Below, piece by piece: positions 29,106 to 37,990 of a stretch of DNA of 64,000 nt. The DNA lies in assembly GCA_017621755.1 (NCBI GenBank), contig JAGASL010000063.1, forward strand, positions 12,265 through 76,264. Reading direction: 5' to 3'. Each line of letters begins with the position of its first letter. The first letter of the stretch is position 1. Made by a program: the position numbers and the translations under genes. The notes beneath the pieces were generated by a model, which did not search any database, was not told the DNA's origin, and was given only the letters and a program-made list of their open reading frames with translations. Source of the stretch: Clostridia bacterium (GTDB taxonomy: Bacteria; Bacillota; Clostridia; Oscillospirales; CAG-272).

Positions 29106-29522
29106 CTAACTGTTGAGCTGCTGCTCAGAGGTAAAATCGGTGTTCTGCGTAGGCTGAATATCCTCGCTTTCGTAGGGCGGGCGGGGAAGCAGCTCTACCG
29201 GCTGCACCGAATTAACGCCGGCAAACAGCGGCACCATGCTGTTTTCGTTGGTGTAAAAGCCCTCCTTCTCAGTACGAATGCTGTAAACGGCGTAGGGGCG
29301 TGCGCCTCCTGGGGTCAGAGAGGCAGAGGCGGGGGGCGTCTCCAGGATCAGGGTGGGGGCGCGCCCGCTTTCATCGGTGATTACCGTGCGGCTAAAATTG
29401 CCCTCCTCTTCGGCTGCGCTGACGGTTACGTAGGCACCTGGCACAGGCAGGGCGTTGCCGGCGGTGTGCACTACCACAGTCAGGGTGCCGGTGGCGTGGG
29501 GGCCTTTGGTAGGGGTTGGCAT
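29106..29522 (-). CDS. hypothetical protein (carboxypeptidase-regulatory-like beta-sandwich suspected)
   Basis: 138-aa ORF with GTLTVVVHTAGNALPVPGAYVTVS. RBS GAAAGGAGAGAAG. First gene of a co-oriented four-gene string ending in clpC. Confidence 0.5.
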   Translation of the reverse strand: MPTPTKGPHATGTLTVVVHTAGNALPVPGAYVTVSAAEEEGNFSRTVITDESGRAPTLILETPPASASLTPGGARPYAVYSIRTEKEGFYTNENSMVPLFAGVNSVQPVELLPRPPYESEDIQPTQNTDFTSEQQLNS

Positions 29523-29629
29523 GCTTCTCTCCTTTCGTGAAAAACGTTCAATATAGCATATGCGGGGCGTGCGGATTGGTTATTATCGACAAAAATTGCA
29601 CCTCCTGTGCGAAAAACCGCGTACGGTGC

Positions 29630-29658
29630 TTGACTTGCGAGAAGAAAACTGCTATAAT
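29630..29658 (+). promoter_or_regulatory. prs promoter
   Basis: TTGACT (29630-29635), 17 nt, TATAAT (29653-29658). Confidence 0.6.
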
Positions 29659-29722
29659 ATACATGGTTTAGCCCCCAAAGGGCAGGAAAGACAAAAGAAT
29701 ATAGTGTAGCGGAGGAAAAAAC

Positions 29723-30847
29723 ATGAAGGAATCCCAGTTCGGAGAATTGAGTATTATCGGTATGAAGGGCTGCGAGGGGTTTGTCGATCAGGTCAACGCT
29801 TATCTGACCGAATGGCGCCGCCACGACGGTGATGCCTCTTATGTCATCAATGCAGATTGCCCGCGCTTTGGCAGTGGTGAGGCAAAGGGCCTGATCCACC
29901 AGTCTGTGCGTGGCAACGATCTCTACATCATTTCCGATGTGTTCAATCACGGCGTTACCTACACCATGTACGGCAAAGAGGTGCCGATGAGCCCGGATGA
30001 CCATTATCAGGATCTAAAGCGTATTATTCAGGCTGCCGAGGGTAAGGCACGGCGTATCTCCGTGGTGATGCCCATGCTGTATGAGGGCCGTCAGCACAAG
30101 CGCTCCAGCCGTGAGTCGCTTGACTGTGCCGTAGCGCTGCAGGAGCTGGTGAACATGGGCGTGAGCAACATCATCACCTTCGATGCGCATGACCCGCGTG
30201 TGCAAAACGCCATTCCGCTTTCCGGCTTTGATAACGTGCGCTCCAGCTATCAGATGATCAAGGCACTGCTGCGTGAGTATCCGGATGTGGATTTCGACCC
30301 CGAAAAGATCATGATCGTGTCTCCCGATGAGGGCGGCATGGCAAAATGCATGTACTATTCCTCCATGCTTGGCATTCAGCTTGGCATGTTTTACAAGCGC
30401 CGTAACTATTCCATCATTGTAAACGGTAAGAACCCCATTGAGGCGCACGAATACCTTGGTCGCGACCTGAAGGGGAAGGACGTTATTATCGTAGACGATA
30501 TGATCTCCTCTGGTGATTCGATCATTGACGTAGCGCTGCAGCTGAAGGAAAAGGGCGCTAACCGTATCTTTGTGTTCGCTACCTTCGGCTTGTTCTGCAA
30601 TGGTCTTGAGAGAATGGATGAGGCTTACGAGAAGGGGCTCTTTACCCGTATCTTCACCACCAACCTGGTGTACCAGACCCCCGAGCTGCTGGCACGCGAA
30701 TGGTATGGTGACGTAAATATGTGCAAATACGTGGCTTACATTATCGATACCCTGAACCACGATCAGACCATCAGCGGCCTATTGGATCAGTCTAAGCGTA
30801 TCCACACCCTGGTGAACAAGCACAAGGAAAAGTTGGGAGAGAAATAA
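29723..30847 (+). CDS. prs: ribose-phosphate diphosphokinase (long form)
   Basis: PRPP-binding loop VIIVDDMISSGDS and the MPMLYEGRQHKR region, 374 aa. Confidence 0.82.
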   Translation: MKESQFGELSIIGMKGCEGFVDQVNAYLTEWRRHDGDASYVINADCPRFGSGEAKGLIHQSVRGNDLYIISDVFNHGVTYTMYGKEVPMSPDDHYQDLKRIIQAAEGKARRISVVMPMLYEGRQHKRSSRESLDCAVALQELVNMGVSNIITFDAHDPRVQNAIPLSGFDNVRSSYQMIKALLREYPDVDFDPEKIMIVSPDEGGMAKCMYYSSMLGIQLGMFYKRRNYSIIVNGKNPIEAHEYLGRDLKGKDVIIVDDMISSGDSIIDVALQLKEKGANRIFVFATFGLFCNGLERMDEAYEKGLFTRIFTTNLVYQTPELLAREWYGDVNMCKYVAYIIDTLNHDQTISGLLDQSKRIHTLVNKHKEKLGEK

Positions 30848-30855
30848 TGCGCCGC

Positions 30856-30890
30856 GGTGCGGCGGCCACCCGGCCGCCGCACCGTTTTAT
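30856..30890 (+). terminator. intrinsic terminator after prs
   Basis: ggtgcggcggcc / ggccgccgcacc perfect 12-bp stem followed by gttttatcttctttt. Confidence 0.6.
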
Positions 30891-30953
30891 CTTCTTTTCA
30901 AAAAGAGTTTACAATTTTTCTTGGAAATGGAGAGCAAAGTGCCCAAATTTCTC

Positions 30954-30982
30954 TTGACAAAATCCGTCTATTGTTGTAAAAT
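30954..30982 (+). promoter_or_regulatory. promoter of the large LRR lipoprotein gene
   Basis: TTGACA (30954-30959), 17 nt, TAAAAT (30977-30982). Confidence 0.6.
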
Positions 30983-31067
30983 GTTATATGTATATTTTTG
31001 TACCTCACGCGCGCGTGGGGTATGGTGCGCGTGACCCCCACGCAACTCTTACACCAAGGAGGAAATT

Positions 31068-33953
31068 ATGAAATTCAGCAAGATCGTGCTCGCCCTTCTT
31101 CTGATCCTGGCGATTACGGCCGCTTGCTTTGCCTGTGCACCCGCAGGCGAAGACAATCCGCCGGATGAAACGCCCGGTGGCGAAACACCCGGTGGTGAGA
31201 CCCCTGGTGGCGAAACGCCCGGCGGTGAGACCCCCGGCGGTGAAACGCCCGGTGGTGAAACGCCCGGCGATGAGGAGCCGGATCCTACCGGTGAGTTCAG
31301 CATCGTTTTTCAGCGCGGTAGAACCGGTGAGTGCGTTGTAGCCGGCTTTGTCGGCAGAGGTGAGGGCGAGATCGTCATTCCCTCTACTTACCTGCTCGAG
31401 GGAGATGAGGAAGAGAGCATCGTTGTCGGTATTGCGGCCGGTGCCTTCCGCAATTGCAAGTACATCACCTCGATCGTCGTGCCGGATTCGGTAAAGACCA
31501 TCGGTCTTGGCGCCTTTGAGGGCTGTGCAGCGTTGGAATCGATCACCCTTCCCTTTGTGGGCGGTGCTCCTACGGCGAATACCTATATCGGCCACATCTT
31601 TGGTGCACAGACCTTTACCGAGAATGCAGCCTTTGTGCCTGCCTCGCTTGCAACCGTAAACCTTAGTGAAGCCTGCACTGCAATCGCCCCCTTCGCCTTT
31701 GATGCCTGCACGGGTGTTAAGGCTGTTCATATGGGGAACGCGATGGCAACCATTGGCGCGTACGCCTTTGCCCGCTGCGGCATTACCGAGGTGAACCTGC
31801 CTGATTCGGTTACAACGCTTGGCGTTGGTGCGTACCTGGAATGCCCGGTTGAGAAGGTGGTACTGCCCTTTGTAGGTGCAGATAACACCGGTGCTATCGG
31901 TTACTTAGGTCATATGTTCGGTGCTGCGAATTATGCGCAGAACAAGGATTTCGTTCCCGCCACGCTGAAGCAGCTTTCGCTTAGCACGGTCTGCACCACC
32001 ATCGGTGCCGGTGCCTTTAACGATTGCGTAGCGTTGGAGGAAATCGACCTACCGAACACCATTACGAATATTGGCGAGAACGCTTTTACGAACACCCCGT
32101 ATTTCGATGCTAAGCCGGATGGCCTTGTATACGTAGACACCGTTCTGTATACGTATAAGGGTGAGATGGGTGAGGCTACCGATATCGTGGTAGAGCCCGG
32201 CACGATCGCGATTGCCGCCGGCGCCTTTGACGGGCTGCCGATCACCTCGATCAGCATTCCGGATTCGGTTGTTAACATCGGTGCTGCCGCCTTCCGTGGC
32301 AGCAAGCTGGTAGACATCACGCTGCCCTTCATTGGCGAAAACGTGGCTGCTCCTGCCAACAATTATCTTGGCTATATCTTCGGTGCCGCTTCGGCTGAGG
32401 AGAACGCTTCCTGCGTGCCCGAAACGCTGAGAACTGTAACGCTGTATGACGGCTGTACCACCATTGCCGCCCGCGCCTTCTACGGCTGTGCGAATCTGAC
32501 GGCTGTTAACATTGGCAGCGGTGTTACCTCGATCGCCAAGGATGCCTTCTTTGATTGCAGAGCCCTGGCTGATATCACCATTGATACAGAAAACGCAAGC
32601 TATAAGAATGATAGCAAGCTGGTTTATAACGTAGCAGGTGACGATCTGATCGCCGTTCCTATGGCGGTGAAGGGCGATATCACCCTGCTGAACATTACCG
32701 AGATCGCTGAGGGGCAGTTCCGCAACTGCACCGGCATTACCTCGGTCGTCCTGCCCGAAACGCTGATCAAGATCGGCGACCAGGCCTTCTACGGGCTGGA
32801 GGGGCTGGCAAACGTCAACTTCCCAGAGTCTCTCGTTGGCGTTGGCGCTGGCGCATTTGAGGGTACCGGCTGGTACAACAGCCAGCCTGACGGTGTTGTT
32901 TATACCGGTAACGTGCTTTATAAGTTTAAGGGTGAGTCCGGCTCTGAGATTAAGGTGCTGGATACCGTAACCGGTATTGCTGCGGGCGCATTTGCCAACT
33001 GCAACATCGTATCGATTGATATTCCCGCCTCGGTTACCAACATTGGTGAGGGTGCCTTCCAGAACTGCCAGCTGCAGTCGATCACCGTTCCCTTTATCGG
33101 TGCCGATGCAACGGATGAGACCAAGTCTTACCTGGGTTACCTCTTTGGCGCTCCCTCTTCCGCTGTGGCTGGCAACTTCGTTCCCGCTACGCTGAAGTCG
33201 GTTACGCTGCTGGATGGTTGTGCTTCTATCGGCCCCGGTGCCTTTAACGGTTGCGCTAACGTAGAAGAGCTGAATATTCCTCAGTCTGTTACCTACGTAG
33301 CTGGCGAGGCGCTGAATCAGACCGCCTGGTTCAAGAGCCGTGAGGCTGGTGTGGTTTACGTTGGCCGTGTTGCTTATGCCTTTGTGGCTCCCGAAAAGAC
33401 TCACCAGGAATACCTGGATGAGATTGCAGCCCTGCCTGAGGATGCAGAGCCGATCGTAAGCCCCTATGAGGTCGTTCTGCGCGCTGATACCACCGCCATC
33501 GCTGATAAGGCCTTCTACCGTGCCGAGATCGTTTCTATCCGTATTCCGGATACCACGATCTACATCGGTGACAGCGCCTTCTACAACTGCCTGGCGCTGG
33601 CTAAGCTGCGTATGCCCTCGTTCCTTGAGACGCTTGGCGAATACGCCTTCTATAGCTGTAAGGCCCTGACTGAGGTTTACATCCCCGGTACGGTTGTTGA
33701 TATTCCGCAGTTTGCCTTCTACAACTGTGATGCACTTCGTTCCGCTACCTTCGGTGAGGGTATCAAAACGATCGGTGCCTCCGCCTTCTCCAGCTGCGAT
33801 GCCTTCTACACCTACTCCTACACCGGCAACAAGCCCGATTGGGACGAGGTTGTAAAGGATGACTCGAATAAGGACCTCTTCAACGTAAGAACGCCTAAGT
33901 ACGGTGTTCTCTACACGCCGGAGCCCTTTGAGATCGTAGAGGAAGAAGCGTAA
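31068..33953 (+). CDS. large surface lipoprotein with BspA-type leucine-rich repeats
   Basis: Signal peptide with Cys-containing lipobox region (ITAACFAC). (PGGET)n linker. More than 15 LRR units of the pattern I.IP.SVT.IG..AF..C..L..I.. Confidence 0.8.
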   Translation: MKFSKIVLALLLILAITAACFACAPAGEDNPPDETPGGETPGGETPGGETPGGETPGGETPGGETPGDEEPDPTGEFSIVFQRGRTGECVVAGFVGRGEGEIVIPSTYLLEGDEEESIVVGIAAGAFRNCKYITSIVVPDSVKTIGLGAFEGCAALESITLPFVGGAPTANTYIGHIFGAQTFTENAAFVPASLATVNLSEACTAIAPFAFDACTGVKAVHMGNAMATIGAYAFARCGITEVNLPDSVTTLGVGAYLECPVEKVVLPFVGADNTGAIGYLGHMFGAANYAQNKDFVPATLKQLSLSTVCTTIGAGAFNDCVALEEIDLPNTITNIGENAFTNTPYFDAKPDGLVYVDTVLYTYKGEMGEATDIVVEPGTIAIAAGAFDGLPITSISIPDSVVNIGAAAFRGSKLVDITLPFIGENVAAPANNYLGYIFGAASAEENASCVPETLRTVTLYDGCTTIAARAFYGCANLTAVNIGSGVTSIAKDAFFDCRALADITIDTENASYKNDSKLVYNVAGDDLIAVPMAVKGDITLLNITEIAEGQFRNCTGITSVVLPETLIKIGDQAFYGLEGLANVNFPESLVGVGAGAFEGTGWYNSQPDGVVYTGNVLYKFKGESGSEIKVLDTVTGIAAGAFANCNIVSIDIPASVTNIGEGAFQNCQLQSITVPFIGADATDETKSYLGYLFGAPSSAVAGNFVPATLKSVTLLDGCASIGPGAFNGCANVEELNIPQSVTYVAGEALNQTAWFKSREAGVVYVGRVAYAFVAPEKTHQEYLDEIAALPEDAEPIVSPYEVVLRADTTAIADKAFYRAEIVSIRIPDTTIYIGDSAFYNCLALAKLRMPSFLETLGEYAFYSCKALTEVYIPGTVVDIPQFAFYNCDALRSATFGEGIKTIGASAFSSCDAFYTYSYTGNKPDWDEVVKDDSNKDLFNVRTPKYGVLYTPEPFEIVEEEA
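31166..31270 (+). repeat. 7 x 15-bp in-frame tandem repeat (GAAACNCCCGGNGGY) encoding (ETPGG)n
   Basis: Seven consecutive 15-nt units read directly; copies differ only at synonymous or wobble positions. Confidence 0.9.
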
Positions 33954-33962
33954 CGCTTATAC

Positions 33963-34007
33963 AATAAAAAACGGAAAGAAATAGAGCGGTACTCTTAAGG
34001 ACAGTTT
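33963..34007 (+). repeat. left arm of a ~45-bp inverted repeat bracketing AT-rich islet 1
   Basis: aataaaaaacggaaagaaatag is the exact reverse complement of 38040-38061. The next 23 nt match 17/23. Confidence 0.85.
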
Positions 34008-34010
34008 TTC

Positions 34011-34047
34011 AAAAAACGGCATATCTCGAAAGAGGTATGCCGTTTTT
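34011..34047 (+). terminator. intrinsic terminator after the LRR gene
   Basis: A-run, cggcatatctc-gaaa-gaggtatgccg stem, ttttt. Confidence 0.65.
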
Positions 34048-34090
34048 GCTTTTGTGTCTACAAAAGCAGTGCTTGTCAGGAAAATTGACA
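34048..34090 (+). repeat. 43-nt repeat, copy A (two small hairpins)
   Basis: gcttttgtgtcTAcaaaagcagtgcttgtcaggaaaattgaca is 41/43 identical to 44772-44814. Weaker similarity continues about 20 nt further. Confidence 0.85.
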
Positions 34091-34153
34091 GAAGCGTAAA
34101 CGAACAAAGAGACTATCACATTAAGAAAGTCTTTTTGTTCCTTCTTTGCCCTA

Positions 34154-36301
34154 TTATTTTGCAAACACCCCGTAAATCAACGTCGAATATTTGTCGTTAT
34201 CGGCGGAAAAGCTTACGCTTTCGACCGTGTCCGAGGAATCAACGGTAATATCGAGGCGGTTGGAAACATATATCTCAAAGTTTTTGTCATATCCAAACGT
34301 CGCAAATCTTCCCGATTTTGTGGCGATCGGATCGATCTTCGACGAGCCTTTGAGTGCAAATGCCGTAGTTATATGAACACCGTTTTTCAGGGATATTGTT
34401 TCCGTTTTGCCGCTCTTATAGTTTATACTTACACAGCAAGCATCCTCACCGTATGTCCCGCCGAGAGGATAGCCCGACGTTATCGACGTGAGCCCTATGA
34501 TCGAAATGATATCGGCGCGACGTCCAAGCTTAAATGAAAAATTCCTTTCCGAAGATACAACCACGGGGATCTTATCTATCGACCCGCCCGATTCAAATAT
34601 CGGTCCCGTCTTTATCTGCCTCGCTCTGATTCTATGCTTCTCGTTAACGTCGATCTTCGTAACAAGCTCAAAGAATCTGTCATCTTTCGGAGATTCAAGT
34701 TTTATATAATCCGACATGTCGGAAAATGTTTCAGATTCGTTTATCCAAAAAGCGACATCATTTTGATCGGCATTTTCGTCAAAAAGCCTGAGTCCCTCGC
34801 AAAAAGCGTTGAAAATAAGATTCGGATGTCTGTATTTATCGACGAGAGCCTCCATAAGTACGCCGTCAACGCACGCTGGTCTGCCACGGTTATAGTCGTT
34901 GACCTCGGCAAAATACCAGAAAAACGCGCCGGCAAGTGCGCCGTCATCGGAGTTCGCATCGTAAAGCATTTTCATTTCACTCATAAAATCAAGAAGCAGA
35001 TGAGGATTGTCGTAAACGTGATAACCGCCCCACTCACTGAACAAAAGAGGCTTATCGTGAAGGATCTCCGCGCTTGTTTTTGATCTCTTAAACGTATCGG
35101 AATACGGGTGCATCGTATAAAAATCAAATTCACATTTATTATAATGATAAAGCGTTTCCTCGTTCGTCATACAGTTCGCGCCCGAAACGAGCCTTGTTGG
35201 ATCGTATTTACGGCATACGGCAGCACTGTCAGCCAAAAACTTCTCCGTAAATTCGCATTCGTTGAAGCAAAGCCAAAACACAATGCTGGGGTGATTGCGG
35301 TCACGAAGTATCGTTCGCCGAAGAACCTCCAGACTGCCGTTCGCGACCTCAGGGAGAGAAGTATCCGACCACCAGAGTCCCGGCTCCTCCGAAACCATAA
35401 GACCGAGCCTGTCCGCGATCTCCAAGATCTTTTTATTATGCGGATAATGAACGAGCCTTACGAAATTACAACCCATTTCCTTTATCATACGCATATCGTT
35501 TTCCATCTCGGCAACGGATGGAGAATGTCCGCTATCGCCAACCATTTCGTGTTTGCAAACGCCCTTCAAAAACAAATGTTTACCGTTTAAAACAAATCTG
35601 TGGCGGTCGCACAAAAATTCTCTGAAGCCGACGTCAGCGGTGTAAACGTCACGGACCTCGCCATCGCAAATAAGGCTTACCGCAAGCGAATAAAGCCTCG
35701 GTGTGTCGGGCGACCAAAGCTCCACTCCGTTCACATGAGCGGTAACGGTTTCTCCTGCTTTTTGCGTGTATGACGAAACAAGCTCGCCGCCCGAGAAAAG
35801 CTCTATCTTAAAACGCGCATCCGACGGACATTTTGCGCTTATATCTATTGACATATCCGCATTTGCGTAATTATCGCAAAGACTCGACTTGAAAAATACG
35901 TTTTCTATATAATATTTGCCCCGAAGCTCAAGATAAACGTCGCGTATGATCCCACCGAAATTCTCCCATCCGTTACTCGGTCCGAACGCTCTGTTAATAT
36001 CCTCAAGCACGACGGTGAGCGTGTTTTCCTTTTGCTTCACTATCTCCGTCACGTCAAACTCGTATTCGCTGTACGGAAGCATTTCCCCCAAAACCACGCC
36101 GTTGAGCATAACCTCTGCATAATAGGTTATTCCGTCAAATTTCAAAAATATGTTATCGGAAAGCTCAAGCATATCAAATTTCTTAACACACTCCGAGCGA
36201 CCGACAGGCAAACGGGAGAAAGGAACGCTTATGTCCGAAAAATCCCCGAATCCCACTCTGTATTTCCAATTCCCGTTAAGAGATACCGTTTTCATCTTCA
36301 T
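34154..36301 (-). CDS. glycoside hydrolase family 2 enzyme
   Basis: N-terminal sugar-binding pattern (LNGNWKY), HYPHN, acid/base FNECE, nucleophile region LFSEWGG. Start ATG 36301 after AAAGGAAA. Confidence 0.82.
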   Translation of the reverse strand: MKMKTVSLNGNWKYRVGFGDFSDISVPFSRLPVGRSECVKKFDMLELSDNIFLKFDGITYYAEVMLNGVVLGEMLPYSEYEFDVTEIVKQKENTLTVVLEDINRAFGPSNGWENFGGIIRDVYLELRGKYYIENVFFKSSLCDNYANADMSIDISAKCPSDARFKIELFSGGELVSSYTQKAGETVTAHVNGVELWSPDTPRLYSLAVSLICDGEVRDVYTADVGFREFLCDRHRFVLNGKHLFLKGVCKHEMVGDSGHSPSVAEMENDMRMIKEMGCNFVRLVHYPHNKKILEIADRLGLMVSEEPGLWWSDTSLPEVANGSLEVLRRTILRDRNHPSIVFWLCFNECEFTEKFLADSAAVCRKYDPTRLVSGANCMTNEETLYHYNKCEFDFYTMHPYSDTFKRSKTSAEILHDKPLLFSEWGGYHVYDNPHLLLDFMSEMKMLYDANSDDGALAGAFFWYFAEVNDYNRGRPACVDGVLMEALVDKYRHPNLIFNAFCEGLRLFDENADQNDVAFWINESETFSDMSDYIKLESPKDDRFFELVTKIDVNEKHRIRARQIKTGPIFESGGSIDKIPVVVSSERNFSFKLGRRADIISIIGLTSITSGYPLGGTYGEDACCVSINYKSGKTETISLKNGVHITTAFALKGSSKIDPIATKSGRFATFGYDKNFEIYVSNRLDITVDSSDTVESVSFSADNDKYSTLIYGVFAK

Positions 36302-36842
36302 TATTTTCCTTTCCATTTTTCATATCAAGTCTTATGTAAGCCGAAATAACAGAAATAATTCCGAACGTCTCGCAAAATATTCCGCCGAGCGAAAATACAA
36401 AGCAGTTATATATAAGCCAGCAGGGAGAATTGATAAATCCGCAAATACGTATCGCCCTTGAATCTTTCATTGAAAGCCCGACGGTCATAGCCCCCATTCC
36501 TATAAGCGGAAGAATTTCGATCAGAAGATTAAACGCAGTCGGTTCTTTTTTAAATACGGCGAAAATGAGGGCGTATGACGCCAGATACAGCGCCATAAAT
36601 ATGCCGTTCACGAGCTTTACGGGTATTTTTAGGCGATCCTTATTGATATACACAATGGCGCGCACGATCCCGACAACATTCAGCAGTCCGCCCATAAGTG
36701 CGTCGAGCATAAACATATTCACGGCAAAAAGCACCGAACCCACAAGCTGGCAAAGTATCACGATGCGCCTATTTTTAAACTGATACGCAGCAACGTTTGC
36801 CACCATCGCGAATATTCCTATTATCTGTGCTGTCAGTGTCAT
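36276..36842 (-). CDS. YgjV-family inner membrane protein (possible small-solute/sugar carrier)
   Basis: 188 aa with about six TM segments. N-terminal QIIGIFAMVANVAAYQFKNRR and C-terminal PCWLIYN...GG resemble my recollection of E. coli YgjV. Confidence 0.6.
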   Translation of the reverse strand: MTLTAQIIGIFAMVANVAAYQFKNRRIVILCQLVGSVLFAVNMFMLDALMGGLLNVVGIVRAIVYINKDRLKIPVKLVNGIFMALYLASYALIFAVFKKEPTAFNLLIEILPLIGMGAMTVGLSMKDSRAIRICGFINSPCWLIYNCFVFSLGGIFCETFGIISVISAYIRLDMKNGKENNEDENGIS

Positions 36843-37870
36843 GCGTTTTTCCTCTTTAAAACATAAGGGTACGCCTCGATAGCAAGCCTTGCAGCGCCAA
36901 ACGCCGCGTTTCCTATGTTTTTTGCGCTTATTTTAGCGGTAGCTTGCTTTATGACTGTATCATTGTAGCTTTTTTCGATCGACGGAATGATAACATCCTC
37001 ATATTTCGTGATCTCTCCGCAAATAATGATCTCGTCAAGCGAGATCATATTGCAAAAGTTCCCGAGCGCGATGCCAAGCTGTTCTCCTGCAAGTGTAAGA
37101 GCTTTTTGCCTATCGTCAGCCGACAAGCCGTCGATATAACTTACGTCTGAAAGTTCAAAAAGTCGTTTTCCGCTACCTATCGCCGTGTATCCAAGCTCAA
37201 GAAGCCCACCGTTAAAAAATCCGTTGAATCTATATATAGCTGCACCAATAGCCTTGTCAATTCTCAGAAGCATCTTGCTTTCCTTGCTTTCATCATCCAT
37301 ACAGCCGAGAAGCATACAGTTAGGGTCGTGCTCAACGACCGCAGAAATATTCAGATGTGACGCAATGTCGTTTTCAAAATTAATTTTTATATTATTTGAA
37401 AAGCTCCAACACCCCGAACCCGCGTCCTTGATTCCTTGCATAGCAAAACCGGAAATACATATATCGGGAAATTTATTTTGCATTTTTGTCACCGCAGAAA
37501 ATACATCACGAAGCAATTCACCTTTGCCGTCTGTGCTCAAAGAAGAATTACACTCGTAAAGCTTTTCGCCTGCAAGAGAGCAAACGCAGCAAGAAAGTCC
37601 GTTTTTGTTTATGTCAACACCAAGAATTTTTTTGCAGTCAGAAAGAGTTAGAATCGATGGAATTCTTCCCTTAGCATCAGAGGGCGGTAGCTTCTCCTCT
37701 ATAACCGTACCATCGGCGACAAGCATTCCTATAAGCTCCGAAATGCATCCCCAACTGAGCGAAAGTCTTGATGCAAGCTCACGTCGTGTTATATGCCCCT
37801 TCGAGCGTATAATCTTAAGAATTGCAGAAAGATTGTCGAATCGCTCCGCAGCTTGTTTTTCACTTGGCAT
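36839..37870 (-). CDS. ROK family transcriptional regulator
   Basis: N-terminal wHTH (ILKIIRSKGHITRRELASRLSLSWGCISELIGML) plus a ROK sugar-kinase-like fold. Start ATG 37870 after AGGAGG. Confidence 0.8.
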   Translation of the reverse strand: MPSEKQAAERFDNLSAILKIIRSKGHITRRELASRLSLSWGCISELIGMLVADGTVIEEKLPPSDAKGRIPSILTLSDCKKILGVDINKNGLSCCVCSLAGEKLYECNSSLSTDGKGELLRDVFSAVTKMQNKFPDICISGFAMQGIKDAGSGCWSFSNNIKINFENDIASHLNISAVVEHDPNCMLLGCMDDESKESKMLLRIDKAIGAAIYRFNGFFNGGLLELGYTAIGSGKRLFELSDVSYIDGLSADDRQKALTLAGEQLGIALGNFCNMISLDEIIICGEITKYEDVIIPSIEKSYNDTVIKQATAKISAKNIGNAAFGAARLAIEAYPYVLKRKNA

Positions 37871-37899
37871 ATACTTCCTCCTGATATTTTTCAACCGTT

Positions 37900-37938
37900 G
37901 ATATAATTGATTATATCACAGATATTTGTCCTTGTCAA
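37900..37938 (-). promoter_or_regulatory. ROK operon promoter with overlapping palindrome (candidate operator)
   Basis: Minus strand: TTGACA (37938-37933), 17 nt, TATAAT (37915-37910). The palindrome GATATAAT-tg-ATTATATC (37900-37917) overlaps the -10 box. Confidence 0.5.
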
Positions 37939-37954
37939 TATATAAATATAAAAC

Positions 37955-37990
37955 ATAAAAAACCGCAGATTTTTCTGCGGTTTTTGCTTT
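37955..37990 (-). terminator. intrinsic terminator after the GT4-CsaB gene
   Basis: aaaccgcaga-tttt-tctgcggttt stem flanked by A/T runs. Confidence 0.7.

Noticed and set aside
31005-31730. ORFs antisense to, or in other frames over, the PGGET repeat (31005..31730, 31049..31303, 31129..31341)
   Set aside because: They are artefacts of the 15-bp tandem repeat, which is open in all frames. The + frame continues into a well-supported LRR lipoprotein.
36301-36316. Upstream ATG at 36316 (MERKIMKM...) as the GH2 start
   Set aside because: The ATG at 36301 is preceded by AAAGGAAA at proper spacing. 36316 has no RBS and lies deeper inside the upstream YgjV-like gene. The choice remains uncertain by 5 codons.
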